Notes: generated by a model from the letters alone, not told the origin. A DNA stretch of 64,000 nucleotides from Thermoleophilia bacterium (GCA_040769125.1 JAXGLO010000001.1:736868-800867), one strand, 5' to 3'. Shown: positions 17,662-32,482, numbered from the stretch's first letter. A program made the numbers and translations.

Positions 17662-18864
17662 ATGAAAGGGCGGCGTGTGGAATACCGCATCACAGCAGAG
17701 GAACGGATCCCTAACAGTGGAGAGGATCGCACCCCCCGCTACCAGTTTAATATTACTGGTGGTCGCAATGAGACTGTGTGCTCTATACATGCATTGGGAT
17801 CTCTCAAAGCATGCGGATCTCTCAGTGAAATCGACTGGGAGGAAGTACTGAGTATGGTAGCGATCGATCAGATCGAGAGGACGCTCTTGGCAGATGCGCT
17901 CGACTGGTCGATCAATCCTTACCGTTGGGAGGTCAGTGATGAAGAGACCATCTTGAACGTAGACCGCGTCTCGAAGCTATGCGACATGCGCCTTCCGGCC
18001 AAGCCAAGAGGATTTCTATGTGCGGCCACAGAGACAGGCGATCCTGAGCCCACGACTCTGCCACTTTGCATGACGTGCGATATGCCGGACGCGCGCCTTG
18101 TCTGCAGTGGCTTGGTGCATCCGGTGACAGCCCTATCTAAAGCAGACGCCGACACGCTCTCACTCTCGGGCAATAGCGCGACTGCCGCGGACAATGTCGG
18201 TTTCAAGCGGAGCGTCACGAGAGCGTTTTGCGAGGCCCATCCCGAGTCTCAAGACTGGAAGAAATGTCGCCCGTGGCTCAGAGGCTGCTGGTACAGGATT
18301 GTTGATACGAGCGAAGCCGCGCCGTCACCTGACAGTGCCGCACCTAGGCGCATCGTGGATGAAGTCGGATACTTGCGCCTTGTGTACGCCGATCGTTTCC
18401 GGGTGAAGGCGAGTGAATTCTGGCCAAATCGCGATCCCAGTGCATATGCTGTCCTTCTTGATGATTCGTGTACGTCTCCTCGTCAGTTTGCGCACAACAT
18501 AGTCGTTTTGGACGATGTGCTCAGTGCCATGAATCCTCACGAGCAGCTGGCTGAAGACCGCAGGAAAAACGGCAGCCGTGTGAATGGAATCACGGCCATG
18601 GGTCGTGTCCTTGAGGATTGTATTGACGGTACAGACTGCTCTTACGTCAAGCCACTTCAGGCGTTGAAGACCGTTCGCAACTCCTTCTCGCACCAGCCTG
18701 GTGCCAAGTTGCTGGAAGCCCTGGGGACGCTCGGGGTTCAGTCCTATCCGCCCCACGATTGGCAGATCGCTTGGTGGCAAGTCGCCGCATCCGTGGCTCA
18801 GGCGCTCGCATCGATTCGATGGATACTCCAGACAACTAATGTCGACGATCCACAGGAAAGTTAG
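17662..18864 (+). CDS. Cys-rich protein with a C-terminal HEPN-like Rx4H motif (Abi-like)
   Basis: Start at MKGRRV (GAGG RBS). Several CxxC-type clusters in the N-terminal half. Near the C-terminus LQALKTVRNSFSHQPG fits the R-x4-6-H HEPN RNase signature seen in Abi_2/AbiD-like proteins. Confidence 0.7.
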   Translation: MKGRRVEYRITAEERIPNSGEDRTPRYQFNITGGRNETVCSIHALGSLKACGSLSEIDWEEVLSMVAIDQIERTLLADALDWSINPYRWEVSDEETILNVDRVSKLCDMRLPAKPRGFLCAATETGDPEPTTLPLCMTCDMPDARLVCSGLVHPVTALSKADADTLSLSGNSATAADNVGFKRSVTRAFCEAHPESQDWKKCRPWLRGCWYRIVDTSEAAPSPDSAAPRRIVDEVGYLRLVYADRFRVKASEFWPNRDPSAYAVLLDDSCTSPRQFAHNIVVLDDVLSAMNPHEQLAEDRRKNGSRVNGITAMGRVLEDCIDGTDCSYVKPLQALKTVRNSFSHQPGAKLLEALGTLGVQSYPPHDWQIAWWQVAASVAQALASIRWILQTTNVDDPQES

Positions 18865-19052
18865 ACGAGGTGATTTCCCTCTCGCGTTCTCGTGTCGCCG
18901 CTGAAGCGGGTTTCCTCTGATTATGGCGCTTCCGTTGCTTGGCGCGGGAGCGTTGTGGCTTGTCACCAAGTGCCTCGGCGCATTGGCGATAGTCGTCGGA
19001 TAATAATGACTTTGCAGATGCCTCTTCTTGCGGCTGACAGATCGTGCATACT

Positions 19053-19162
19053 TGTGCACGGCACCCGGTTCGCAGGCGAATCCCCCTCGCGAGTCGCTCC
19101 TCAACAGCCTGCCTCGCTCTTGCGGCCGCAGCCTCCGTCACCCAGCAGTGATAGCGTGTCAG
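19053..19162. repeat. Copy 2 of the ~110-nt imperfect direct repeat
   Basis: tgtgcacggcacccggttcgcaggcgaatccccctcgcgagtcgctcct...cctccgtcacccagcagtgatagcgtgtcag. Confidence 0.75.
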
Positions 19163-19253
19163 GTAATCGGTAGGCGCTCATTCCCTCCGACCGTGTATCT
19201 ACGTCCGCGGCATCGATGAGCGCCGTAGGGGCGGCGTAGCAGCGAGGTGAGAT

Positions 19254-25223
<5,970 letters not shown>

Positions 25224-25436
25224 GCGGCGGCAGCGTCAGGAGGTCGGCTGCAAGGGGCGGCGCTGTTTACGTGCGTCTTGACGCCTGGCTTTGGCAGGTG
25301 CCGGCGGCCCGCCGATAGGACGCAGAGCCGGCTCAGGCGCGGGCGCGTCGGTCGTCGGCTGAGCCGTCCTCCATGACGGCCGCAGCGAGCCGTGCACCTT
25401 GATTCTCAACGCGCTCTGTGTACAATTCAGTCACTG

Positions 25437-25480
25437 CTCCCCGTCGTCCGGGCTTCGGCCCGAACTGACGGGGTTTTTTT
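25437..25480 (+). terminator. Putative rho-independent terminator (GC hairpin followed by a T7 run)
   Basis: ccgtcgtccgggcttcggcccgaactgacgggg followed by ttttttt. Confidence 0.4.
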
Positions 25481-25488
25481 GGAGGCGC

Positions 25489-26112
25489 ATGGATTCGGCT
25501 CGCGTCATCGTGTTCCTTGACTACCAGAACGTCTACAACGGTGCTCGTGAGGCGTTCGGTCTGCGGGCTAAGGCCGGTCGCTACGGCCAGATCGACCCTC
25601 TCCGCTTGGCAAGGCTGATCGCCGACCGTCATCCGGAGGAGAGTCACGTCGCCGGTGTGCGTGTGTACCGGGGGCGCCCCGAATCGGCCAAGCAGCCGAA
25701 GGCGTACGGCGCCAACATGCGTCAGTCGGACGCCCAAAAGAAGCGTGGCGGCGGCCTGGTCAAGATCATTACGCGCACCTTGCGCTACCCTTGTAGCTGG
25801 CCTCATGAGCCGGCCCAGGAGAAGGGCATCGACGTGGCGCTGGCCGTCGACTTCGTCACCATGGCCATCAAGGGTGAGTACGACATCGGTGTGCTCATGT
25901 CGACCGACACCGACCTCATCCCGGCGCTCGAGGCAGTGATTGCCCTCGGTGGTCACCCCTACCCGCGCTGCGAGGTCGCGGCTTGGTCGAGTCCTGGCAC
26001 GTACTCTCGTCGTCTTCAGGTGCCCGGCAAGAAGCTCTGGTGCCATTGGCTCTGCCGTGAGGACTACGCCAAAGCCGAGGACCTCACCGACTACAACCGG
26101 CACGGCTCCTAG
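25489..26112 (+). CDS. NYN-domain (LabA-like) protein, putative RNase
   Basis: VIVFLDYQNV ... EKGIDVALAVDFV ... VLMSTDTDLIPALE are NYN/LabA hallmarks. GGAGG RBS before the ATG at 25489 (the track ORF starts at TTG 25399). Confidence 0.75.
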   Translation: MDSARVIVFLDYQNVYNGAREAFGLRAKAGRYGQIDPLRLARLIADRHPEESHVAGVRVYRGRPESAKQPKAYGANMRQSDAQKKRGGGLVKIITRTLRYPCSWPHEPAQEKGIDVALAVDFVTMAIKGEYDIGVLMSTDTDLIPALEAVIALGGHPYPRCEVAAWSSPGTYSRRLQVPGKKLWCHWLCREDYAKAEDLTDYNRHGS

Positions 26113-26410
26113 CACACCCCTGTTCTTGCCGGCCTCAGGTGGCGCTGGCTCTGGGCGGCAAAGCGTCGGCTAACGCTAAGGAGCGCCTGCAGGGGCGCGT
26201 AGTATCGGCGCCCAGTACGTTTTCAAGACCTGTGCACAGGGCGAGTAGATTACGACGTAGCACAAGACATGTCGTTTCCGCGTCGTCGCGGCCAACGTTA
26301 GTGTCCTAAGGCGTGGTGTACGAAGAATCTCAGAGTGGTCGCCTTGAAGAAGAGGTGACCACTGCTCCATCCTCGAGGGTGGCTAAGCCCATAGGATCGA
26401 GGAGGAGTCA

Positions 26411-26641
26411 GTGACCAAGGACAACATGGACTATCTCGCCTGGCTGTGCAAGCAGCTGGCCGAAGCAGAGCCCGATCTGCTGCGCGAGATGGTGCGCACG
26501 CTCGCCGAGAGCCTCATGAGCGCCGAGGCCGACGCCCTCTGCGGCGCCGCCTTCGGCGAGCGCAGCGCAGGGCGCGTGAATCGCAGGAACGGCTACCGTC
26601 CCCGCCCTGTCAATGACGGTCCAAAGTGGACCCCTTTGTGA
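26411..26641 (+). mobile_element. 5-prime fragment of an IS256-family (mutator-type) transposase gene
   Basis: LMSAEADALCGAAFGERSAGRVNRRNGYRPR matches the conserved N-terminal block of IS256 transposases. Only 76 codons remain before a stop. Confidence 0.6.
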
Positions 26642-26678
26642 CGGTCCAAAACGGACCCCCCTCATCAAGTTCGTAGCA

Positions 26679-26876
26679 TCAGCCTCCCTTCGCCTTGACG
26701 ACGCCGGCCTTACGCTTGTCCTTGAGTCGGTAGCTCTCGCCGCGTAGGACCAGTACCTCGCTGTGATGCACGAGGCGGTCGACCAGTGTGGCGACGGCCA
26801 CTGAACTTCGGCGTGTGCGCCACGTCGACTCCCTTCTGGACGCTGATGCGTCCACTTTCAGGGACTCAAGACTCAA
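26679..26876 (-). mobile_element. 3-prime fragment of an IS21-family istB (helper ATPase) gene
   Basis: LVDRLVHHSEVLVLRGESYRLKDKRKAG matches the conserved IstB C-terminus. The N-terminal ~200 codons are absent. Confidence 0.6.
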
Positions 26877-27037
26877 CGAAACCGCGTCAACTCCACAGTC
26901 CCCGCGGAATGCGGAGGCGCTGCGCGACGTGTCCTGATGCTTGTTTACGCCCTGCTGGCAGCCAGAAACTAGCCCAGAAGGGCGTGTTCGGTAGCTTCAG
27001 AGTGGTTCTCTAGGCCATCAGCGGAGCTCTCGCGTGC

Positions 27038-27685
27038 TTAGACGGCGTTTTGCGGGGGAGATGCGTCGTCTCCGCCGACCTTCCCGCCGCAGTGCGGGCA
27101 GAACGGCAGGGCGCTGGACATCATGCCGCCACAGTTCGGGCACACGGATACGGCATTGCCGCCTGCGTCAGGAACACCAGACACATCAGCCTTCACCGGC
27201 CGCGATCGCCCGACCCACATGAGCACGCCACCGAAGCCGACCATTGCGATGCCGACGATGATCGAACTCTGCCGCCTCTCCATCCTGCCGAGGTTGACTA
27301 CACGCCCGTGCTCGCCCTCCACCGTAACGTCGTAACAAGCGAAGAAGCCGAAGGCGAGTATCACACCGAGTACCACGAGCATGAGGCCACCAAGGCTGGC
27401 GATCTTCTGGACGGCGTTGCGACCGTCGGCTGTGGCTGTCTTCTTCGTGGCCGCCGGCTTGGCTGGAGCCGATAGCGGCGGCGGACTCTGTGCTAGTCGC
27501 GCTGCCTGACCACCTACCATCGCCCGTGTGCCTTCGTCTTTCCAGGTGAGGGCGCCTTGCGCGTCGTAGGTCATCACATCCGTGGCCGTGATCTGCCTGT
27601 GCCCCTCGAGCAGATAGACGCCGTTCTCATAGGTGATGGTCTTGCCCGCCAGATCGGTGGACGGTCCGAATGTGGCAATCAGCAT
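27038..27685 (-). CDS. Membrane protein with a C-terminal zinc ribbon
   Basis: Two TM helices (LGGLMLVVLGVILAFGFFACY; SSIIVGIAMVGFGGVLMWV) and CPNCG...CPHCG at the C-terminus. Confidence 0.6.
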   Translation of the reverse strand: MLIATFGPSTDLAGKTITYENGVYLLEGHRQITATDVMTYDAQGALTWKDEGTRAMVGGQAARLAQSPPPLSAPAKPAATKKTATADGRNAVQKIASLGGLMLVVLGVILAFGFFACYDVTVEGEHGRVVNLGRMERRQSSIIVGIAMVGFGGVLMWVGRSRPVKADVSGVPDAGGNAVSVCPNCGGMMSSALPFCPHCGGKVGGDDASPPQNAV

Positions 27686-28047
27686 GCAGCCCCCTCGCTA
27701 GCTCGCGACGTCCACCGCACGAACCCCGCAGTGTTGGCGTCTGCTCTCGGCTCAGCTTCGATGATACTCCAGCGTCCGGCCGGATAGTTCGGCTCCATCG
27801 ACGTAAACGCTAGCTGTCGGGACTCTAAGACCGAACTATCCGAGCCTGTCACTCGCGTGTCTTACTCTAGGCACATCGCGCTTATGAAGCAGCGGGCTGA
27901 GAGAGGGGTGGCGCAATGACCTTGGCGGCCGCTCATTGGCCCGCGGTCGCCCCCTGTCGGCGGCGGCTCACTGGTCGGCGGCCTCTCATAGGCGTCAGGG
28001 ACGAGGCGGACGCGAGGACCGCCTCGTCCCTGCAACGCCCATCTGTT

Positions 28048-29457
28048 CTACTGCTGCTGCTTGCCCGCGCCGAAGGCCTGCCTGAGCTCCTCCTCCTGCT
28101 CCACGGAGAGGTTGGAGCGCACGAGCTTGGCGTTCGTGCCCTCGACCGCTGCCATGAACTTGTCCTCCGTGAGCTGCTTGATGATGAGGAACCAGCCGGC
28201 CTTGCCCGGCGGCACTGCGTCGCCCATCTGCTCCAGCACCCGGCTGTCGAGGCCCGTCTTGCCGAGCTTGCCGAAGAGCGCCCCCATCCCAGCGCCGAGC
28301 GCCATGCCGAGGAACGGCATGAAGAACAGCAGACCGAAGAGCATGCCCCAGAAGGCGCCGCCCATGGCGCCCGCGCCGACCAGGCGATGACCGTGCTTGA
28401 CGTGCGGCTTGCCGTCGGGGTCGCGGACCACTTGGGCCGCGTCCTCCAGCTGGACGATCATGTCCTTCTGCATCTGCGCCAGCTTCTCGCCGAACTGGTC
28501 GGCCTCGAGCTCGCTCTCGAAGCCGAGGACCATCATCTCACTCAAACCAACTCCTCCTTCATTTTGTTGCGTTCCTGAATCGAACTCTTCTCGCCGTGGC
28601 TCAGAGACGCCGGAGAGCTGCTCGGCGAGCAGCACCCAGAGAGCCCCGAGCAGCGAGTCGCAGCGCAGCTCGAAGCCGCTCTTCGGTCGCAACTGGGGGG
28701 AGAGGTGCTCGCCGAGCGATTCGTTGATCTCGCGGTAGAGGAAGTACTCAAGCGGCTCCAGGTAGCGTTCGTGGTCGAGGGAGGAGCTGCACCAGCGTCT
28801 GAATTGAGCGAGGTCGTCGGGGCTGAGCGTGAATTCTTCGCGCAGGATCGAGACCTGCGTGGTCTCCGCATCTCCGGGCCACCGATACACGAGATCGACC
28901 GCCTGCCCATCCTCGCTCCAGCTCACCAGCTGCCGCACGCGGTCGATGTCGGCGCTGCGGTAGGCGTCGAGTAGTTCGACGAGTCCGCCTATCCGGCGGA
29001 TAGCGCGACGCCAGTCGGCGTGGTGTTCGCCTGCCCGCGCCCGGCTGTCTGTTGACGCAGGCTTGATCGGCAAGCTGGAGACACCGAGCCTTCCGTAGCG
29101 GGTGGCGAAAGCGGCCAGGGCCTCGAGGCTGGCGTCGTCTTCGCCGAGCGGCAGGCGTGCGAACTCGAGGTGCAGATCGCGGTTCTGGCGAAGCGGTTCG
29201 TAGGGGTTGCCGTGCGCGGGAGTGAGCAGCCAGGGCCCTGCGGGGTCGTCGTGAAAGCGCGTCGATAGATGCACGGCGTCCGGCCACTTGAGCTCGTAGT
29301 CACGGTGCCACTCGCAGGGTGCTTCGGGGCGCATCCAGCTGAACTGTATCGCCGGCTCACTCGTGCTTTGACGGTAGCTCTCCGTGCCTCTCCTTTGGCA
29401 GGGGGACATGTCACAGACATAATATAGTCGAGATGCCTCGAACCGGTAATGATTCAA
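28048..29457 (-). CDS. Two-domain protein: an unknown ~270-aa N-terminal domain (paralog of 46385..47167) fused to a DUF1269-like glycine-zipper membrane domain
   Basis: Residues ~28-290 are about 85% identical to the 260-aa protein at 46385..47167. The C-terminal part GAGAMGGAFWGMLFGLLFFMPFLGMALGAGMGALFGKLG ... is DUF1269-like. Confidence 0.7.
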   Translation of the reverse strand: MNHYRFEASRLYYVCDMSPCQRRGTESYRQSTSEPAIQFSWMRPEAPCEWHRDYELKWPDAVHLSTRFHDDPAGPWLLTPAHGNPYEPLRQNRDLHLEFARLPLGEDDASLEALAAFATRYGRLGVSSLPIKPASTDSRARAGEHHADWRRAIRRIGGLVELLDAYRSADIDRVRQLVSWSEDGQAVDLVYRWPGDAETTQVSILREEFTLSPDDLAQFRRWCSSSLDHERYLEPLEYFLYREINESLGEHLSPQLRPKSGFELRCDSLLGALWVLLAEQLSGVSEPRREEFDSGTQQNEGGVGLSEMMVLGFESELEADQFGEKLAQMQKDMIVQLEDAAQVVRDPDGKPHVKHGHRLVGAGAMGGAFWGMLFGLLFFMPFLGMALGAGMGALFGKLGKTGLDSRVLEQMGDAVPPGKAGWFLIIKQLTEDKFMAAVEGTNAKLVRSNLSVEQEEELRQAFGAGKQQQ

Positions 29458-29612
29458 TCGTTTGGGGTCTCGACTGGCTGAATCCGATGCTCCCAGTAAG
29501 ACCTAAGCGACGGAACGGCTTGCGCCGGTCGCCTACGCGACCCCTGAGGAGCTCTTGCTGGCTGTCACCCGTCTGGTGACAGGGCCGAGTGCCGGGAGGG
29601 CGCATCCTCTCC

Positions 29613-29933
29613 TCATCCGGCAGCGCGCGCCCGCTCGACGACCTCGACGATCTGGCGCCGATCAAGGGTTATGAAGTCGATCACGCTACCGTCGCGCTTG
29701 ACTATCCTGACGCGGTTCGGGATGAGGCCGAGGGTGTTCTCGAGGGTGGCGGAGGCGATCTCGCTCATCAGGATCTCCTCGCTGGTCCCGTGCCCCAGAA
29801 CACGCGCCTCGAAGAGCAATCGCTGGTCGGTGACGGTCAGCCGCCCTCTCCAGCCGGCCGATCCGCCGCCCCGATACATACGCGCCCAGTGGCGTGCGAT
29901 GACGCTCTCACCAGGCTTGAGCTCGAGCTTCAC
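29613..29933 (-). CDS. Bacterial PH/GRAM-like domain protein
   Basis: 106-aa ORF with a YdbS/bPH-like pattern (GRLTVTDQRLLFEARVLGHGTSEEILMSEIASA). Confidence 0.55.
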   Translation of the reverse strand: MKLELKPGESVIARHWARMYRGGGSAGWRGRLTVTDQRLLFEARVLGHGTSEEILMSEIASATLENTLGLIPNRVRIVKRDGSVIDFITLDRRQIVEVVERARAAG

Positions 29934-30103
29934 GCCTCCCCCTCAGTCGTCTGTGCCGCTCATGAGGCGCCTCTCGCGGAGGCGCCCCTGCGGCGCTTCG
30001 TCCGTTCAGCGCACCGCGCGTAACCTGCGCGGGCTGTCGCCTCAGGATACAACCGCAGCACCCCGCCGCGTCATGTTGACGCGTTTGTTAGACCCACCGC
30101 ACA

Positions 30104-30394
30104 TCAGATCGCGCCACGGTCGAGCAGGCGCGCGCCGTGCTGGATCGTGGCGATCTCGACGACATCTGCCTTGCGGCGGTAGATCACGCGATAGGATCCG
30201 ACGATCAGCTCGCGCATGTCGTCGCGCTGCAGCTCGGGCACGATGCGTCCCGAGTCGGGGAACTGGGCAAGGGATCTCACGCGGTCGAGCAGCTGCTCAA
30301 GCCAGGCCAGGGCTACAGTCTGGTCGTCGGCGGCGATGTAGGCTACAGCCTCGTCGACCTGCTCGTCGGCCAGCGGCGACCAGACGAGCTTCAC
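30104..30394 (-). CDS. parE: ParE/RelE-family toxin
   Basis: VKLVWSPLADEQVDEAVAYIAADDQTVALAWLEQLLDRVRSLAQFPDSGRIVPELQRDDMRELIVGSYRVIYRR. GTG start overlapping the antitoxin stop (GTGA). Confidence 0.8.
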   Translation of the reverse strand: MKLVWSPLADEQVDEAVAYIAADDQTVALAWLEQLLDRVRSLAQFPDSGRIVPELQRDDMRELIVGSYRVIYRRKADVVEIATIQHGARLLDRGAI

Positions 30395-30672
30395 TTCAGG
30401 TAGCGCTCGCGCAGGCGGGCCTCGACCGTCGCATGCGGGATGCTCATGCCGGCGTCGAGCTGCGTCTCGGCGGTGCGCACGTCGCGCAGCAGGGCGATCT
30501 CGTCGATGAGCGTCTCGTAGGTCGCAACGTCGAGCAGCACGGCGGCACTGCGCCCGTGCTGGGTGAGCACGACGGGGCGCTTGGTCTTCTGCACCTGTTC
30601 GATTACGGCCGACGTGTGTGAGCGGAACTCGGTCACCGGACGAACGTCGGCCGAGGGACGAAAGAGTGCCAT
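30391..30672 (-). CDS. phd: Phd/YefM-family antitoxin
   Basis: RPVVLTQHGRSAAVLLDVATYETLIDEIALLRD, the typical Phd/YefM fold signature. Confidence 0.85.
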   Translation of the reverse strand: MALFRPSADVRPVTEFRSHTSAVIEQVQKTKRPVVLTQHGRSAAVLLDVATYETLIDEIALLRDVRTAETQLDAGMSIPHATVEARLRERYLK

Positions 30673-30755
30673 GGCAATCTCCTGGTCGATACGCTAACAC
30701 GTACAGGATAACGTATCGAACTTCGATGCGAAAGGGAGTTGAGCCTAGCGTACCG

Positions 30756-30836
30756 CGGATGAGCTGCGAGCGCGCCGGCCACCCGTGAGGCCGCCGGCGC
30801 TCCTGCGAGTCAGGCTGATCCGCTCGTCAGGCGGCA
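30756..30836. repeat. Copy b of the ~80-nt repeat element; it overlaps the last four codons of higA
   Basis: ggatgagctgcgagcgcgccggccacccgtgaggccgccggcgctcctgcgagtcaggctgatccgctcgtcaggcggca. Confidence 0.75.
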
Positions 30837-31150
30837 TTGAGCGGCTTGATCCTCTCGATGTCGGCCTTGATCGCCTGGGCTGCGTCCCAGAGGTCTACCG
30901 CGCGCTGCGCGTTCAGCCAGAACTCCGGCGAGTTGCCGAACAGGCGGGACAGGCGCAGTGCCATCTCCGGGCTGAGCGACCGCCGCTCACGCAGCAGCTC
31001 GTTCACCGTCTGGCGGGAGACTCCCAGCGCTTCGGCGAGCCCGGCGACCGTGAGCCCGTAGTCGGGCAGGAAGTCCTCGCGCAGCATCTCACCGGGATGG
31101 GTCGGCCGGCGACACATACCGCCGGTGTTCGCAATGCTCATCGTGCGCAC
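30827..31150 (-). CDS. higA: HigA-family HTH antitoxin (orphan)
   Basis: HPGEMLREDFLPDYGLTVAGLAEALGVSRQTVNELLRERRSLSPEMALRLSRLFGNSPEFWLNAQ is a close match to the HigA/VapI family. Confidence 0.85.
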   Translation of the reverse strand: MRTMSIANTGGMCRRPTHPGEMLREDFLPDYGLTVAGLAEALGVSRQTVNELLRERRSLSPEMALRLSRLFGNSPEFWLNAQRAVDLWDAAQAIKADIERIKPLNAA

Positions 31151-31157
31151 CTCGCCT

Positions 31158-31217
31158 TCAGTGGTAGTCGGTAAGGTAGAACTCCTGTGTGCGCTTGTCC
31201 GCGAACGTCTTGATCAC
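31158..31217 (-). pseudogene. higB: 19-codon remnant of a higB (plasmid-maintenance killer, RelE-like) gene
   Basis: (V)IKTFADKRTQEFYLTDYH* joins the conserved HigB N-terminus (IKSF.HKGLE.LF) directly to its C-terminal DYH; about 70 internal codons are missing. Confidence 0.45.
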
Positions 31218-31286
31218 GAAGACGAGTGTAACGCGTCACGTGACAATAGTCAAGGGTGACGCTGGGCTGTCCGTCTAACATTGGGC

Positions 31287-31366
31287 GAATGAGCTGCGAG
31301 CGCGCCGGCCGCTCGTGAGGCCGCCGGCGCCTCTGCGAGTCAGGCTGATCCGCTCGTCAGGCGGCA
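31287..31366. repeat. Copy c of the ~80-nt repeat element
   Basis: gaatgagctgcgagcgcgccggccgctcgtgaggccgccggcgcctctgcgagtcaggctgatccgctcgtcaggcggca is nearly identical to copy b. Confidence 0.75.
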
Positions 31367-31431
31367 CGTCCTCCGCGGCGGCTACGGCAGTCGGAGCAAT
31401 CGGCGCTGCACGCCAAGCTCGTGCTCAGGCA

Positions 31432-32043
31432 TCACCGCATCGGCTGCCGTATGACCGTCCTCCATCGCTCCGGCCGAGCCCTGCGTATGTTGCTCAGGTA
31501 GATCTCGTGATGCTTGCCGAACCGACTGTAGCCCGACTCGTCGATGAAGTTGTGTACGCGTTCGATGGTCGGGCCCTCGGCCGAGAACGGACCCACGTGC
31601 AGCGTCTGTGCGGCGAGCCCCTCGTGGAACTCCTCGAAGCGGATCCGCGACAGAGCCGGAAGCGACTTCTTGGCGGCAACAGCCGAGAGCGTCGTGGCGA
31701 CGAGGTCTGCCGTCACGACCGGCGGCTGCATGATCATCATCGTCCATAGCCAGGCCGAGCGATCCTCATCGGTGAACGAAGACACATCCTCAGACCACCA
31801 GAGGCCCTCGAGCGGCATCACGGAGTAGTCCAGCTGATCCGGCCCGCGCTTGACGGCGAACTTGAGCGCATACGAGAGCGAGAACAACGCTTCCAGCGCT
31901 TCTTGATACGCGGGCGTGGTGTTTGGGTCGCCGGCGCCGTCGATCATGAGGAAGTTCATGGGCGGCACATCCACCGATGAGACGTTTCTTGCCGACGGAC
32001 GGTAGAAGACGGCGAGCTCCCGTTTGAGGTCGATCTTCTCCAT
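31432..32043 (-). CDS. GyrI-like small-molecule-binding domain protein
   Basis: VMPLEGLWW ... HVGPFSAEGPTIERVHNFIDESGYSRFGKHHEIYLSNIRRARPERWRTVIRQPM. Confidence 0.8.
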   Translation of the reverse strand: MEKIDLKRELAVFYRPSARNVSSVDVPPMNFLMIDGAGDPNTTPAYQEALEALFSLSYALKFAVKRGPDQLDYSVMPLEGLWWSEDVSSFTDEDRSAWLWTMMIMQPPVVTADLVATTLSAVAAKKSLPALSRIRFEEFHEGLAAQTLHVGPFSAEGPTIERVHNFIDESGYSRFGKHHEIYLSNIRRARPERWRTVIRQPMR

Positions 32044-32089
32044 GAGACCCCCTGAGTACGGCTAACGCCGGGTGCACGACCTGCGAGCT

Positions 32090-32482
32090 TTATGAGCCTT
32101 CCGGGTTCAGTGATGAGTGGTGCTCCACGATCTTCCAGCCACTCTCTGCCCATTGATAGACGAACGTGTATCGCGCCTCCACCGTGGCGCGCCCTTCGTC
32201 CTCGCTGTCGATCTGGAAGTTGTAGAGTCCGGAGTTGACGGCAACGCCACCCAGTACTCGTGCGTAGGCTTCCACGGCCATGCCGACGGGATGCTTCGGC
32301 AGAAACTCCCTCTCGAAGTATCCGTGTATCTCCCGATGTCCTTTCTTGACGTCGCCATTGAACGTCGCGAGCAGGATCGCATCTCTCGCATAGAGGGCGG
32401 TCACTTGAGATGGGTCGCCGGTTTCCAAAGCTGCAAACCAGCGGTCCAGCAACTTCTCGACATCCTTGATGAGGCTGCTCAT
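32090..32482 (-). CDS. SnoaL-like/NTF2-fold (DUF4440-type) protein
   Basis: LLDRWFAALETGDPSQVTALYARDAILLATF ... ARYTFVYQWAESGWKIVEHHSS. Start placed at MSSLIKD; the track ORF extends to 32566. Confidence 0.6.
   Translation of the reverse strand: MSSLIKDVEKLLDRWFAALETGDPSQVTALYARDAILLATFNGDVKKGHREIHGYFEREFLPKHPVGMAVEAYARVLGGVAVNSGLYNFQIDSEDEGRATVEARYTFVYQWAESGWKIVEHHSSLNPEGS

Noticed and set aside
9900-19200. Integrase or recombinase for the tRNA-adjacent island
   Set aside because: I looked for tyrosine or serine recombinase motifs (R..HxxR..Y; catalytic S near the N-terminus) in all frames of 9.9-19.2 kb and 25.2-27 kb and found none. The island is treated as a non-mobile remnant.
30785-31749. 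Two plus-strand ORFs with identical N-termini (MRPPALLRVRLIRSSGG...)
   Set aside because: They are not genes; the shared N-terminus is the translation of the ~80-nt repeat element, which is how the repeat was spotted. Real genes here are on the minus strand.
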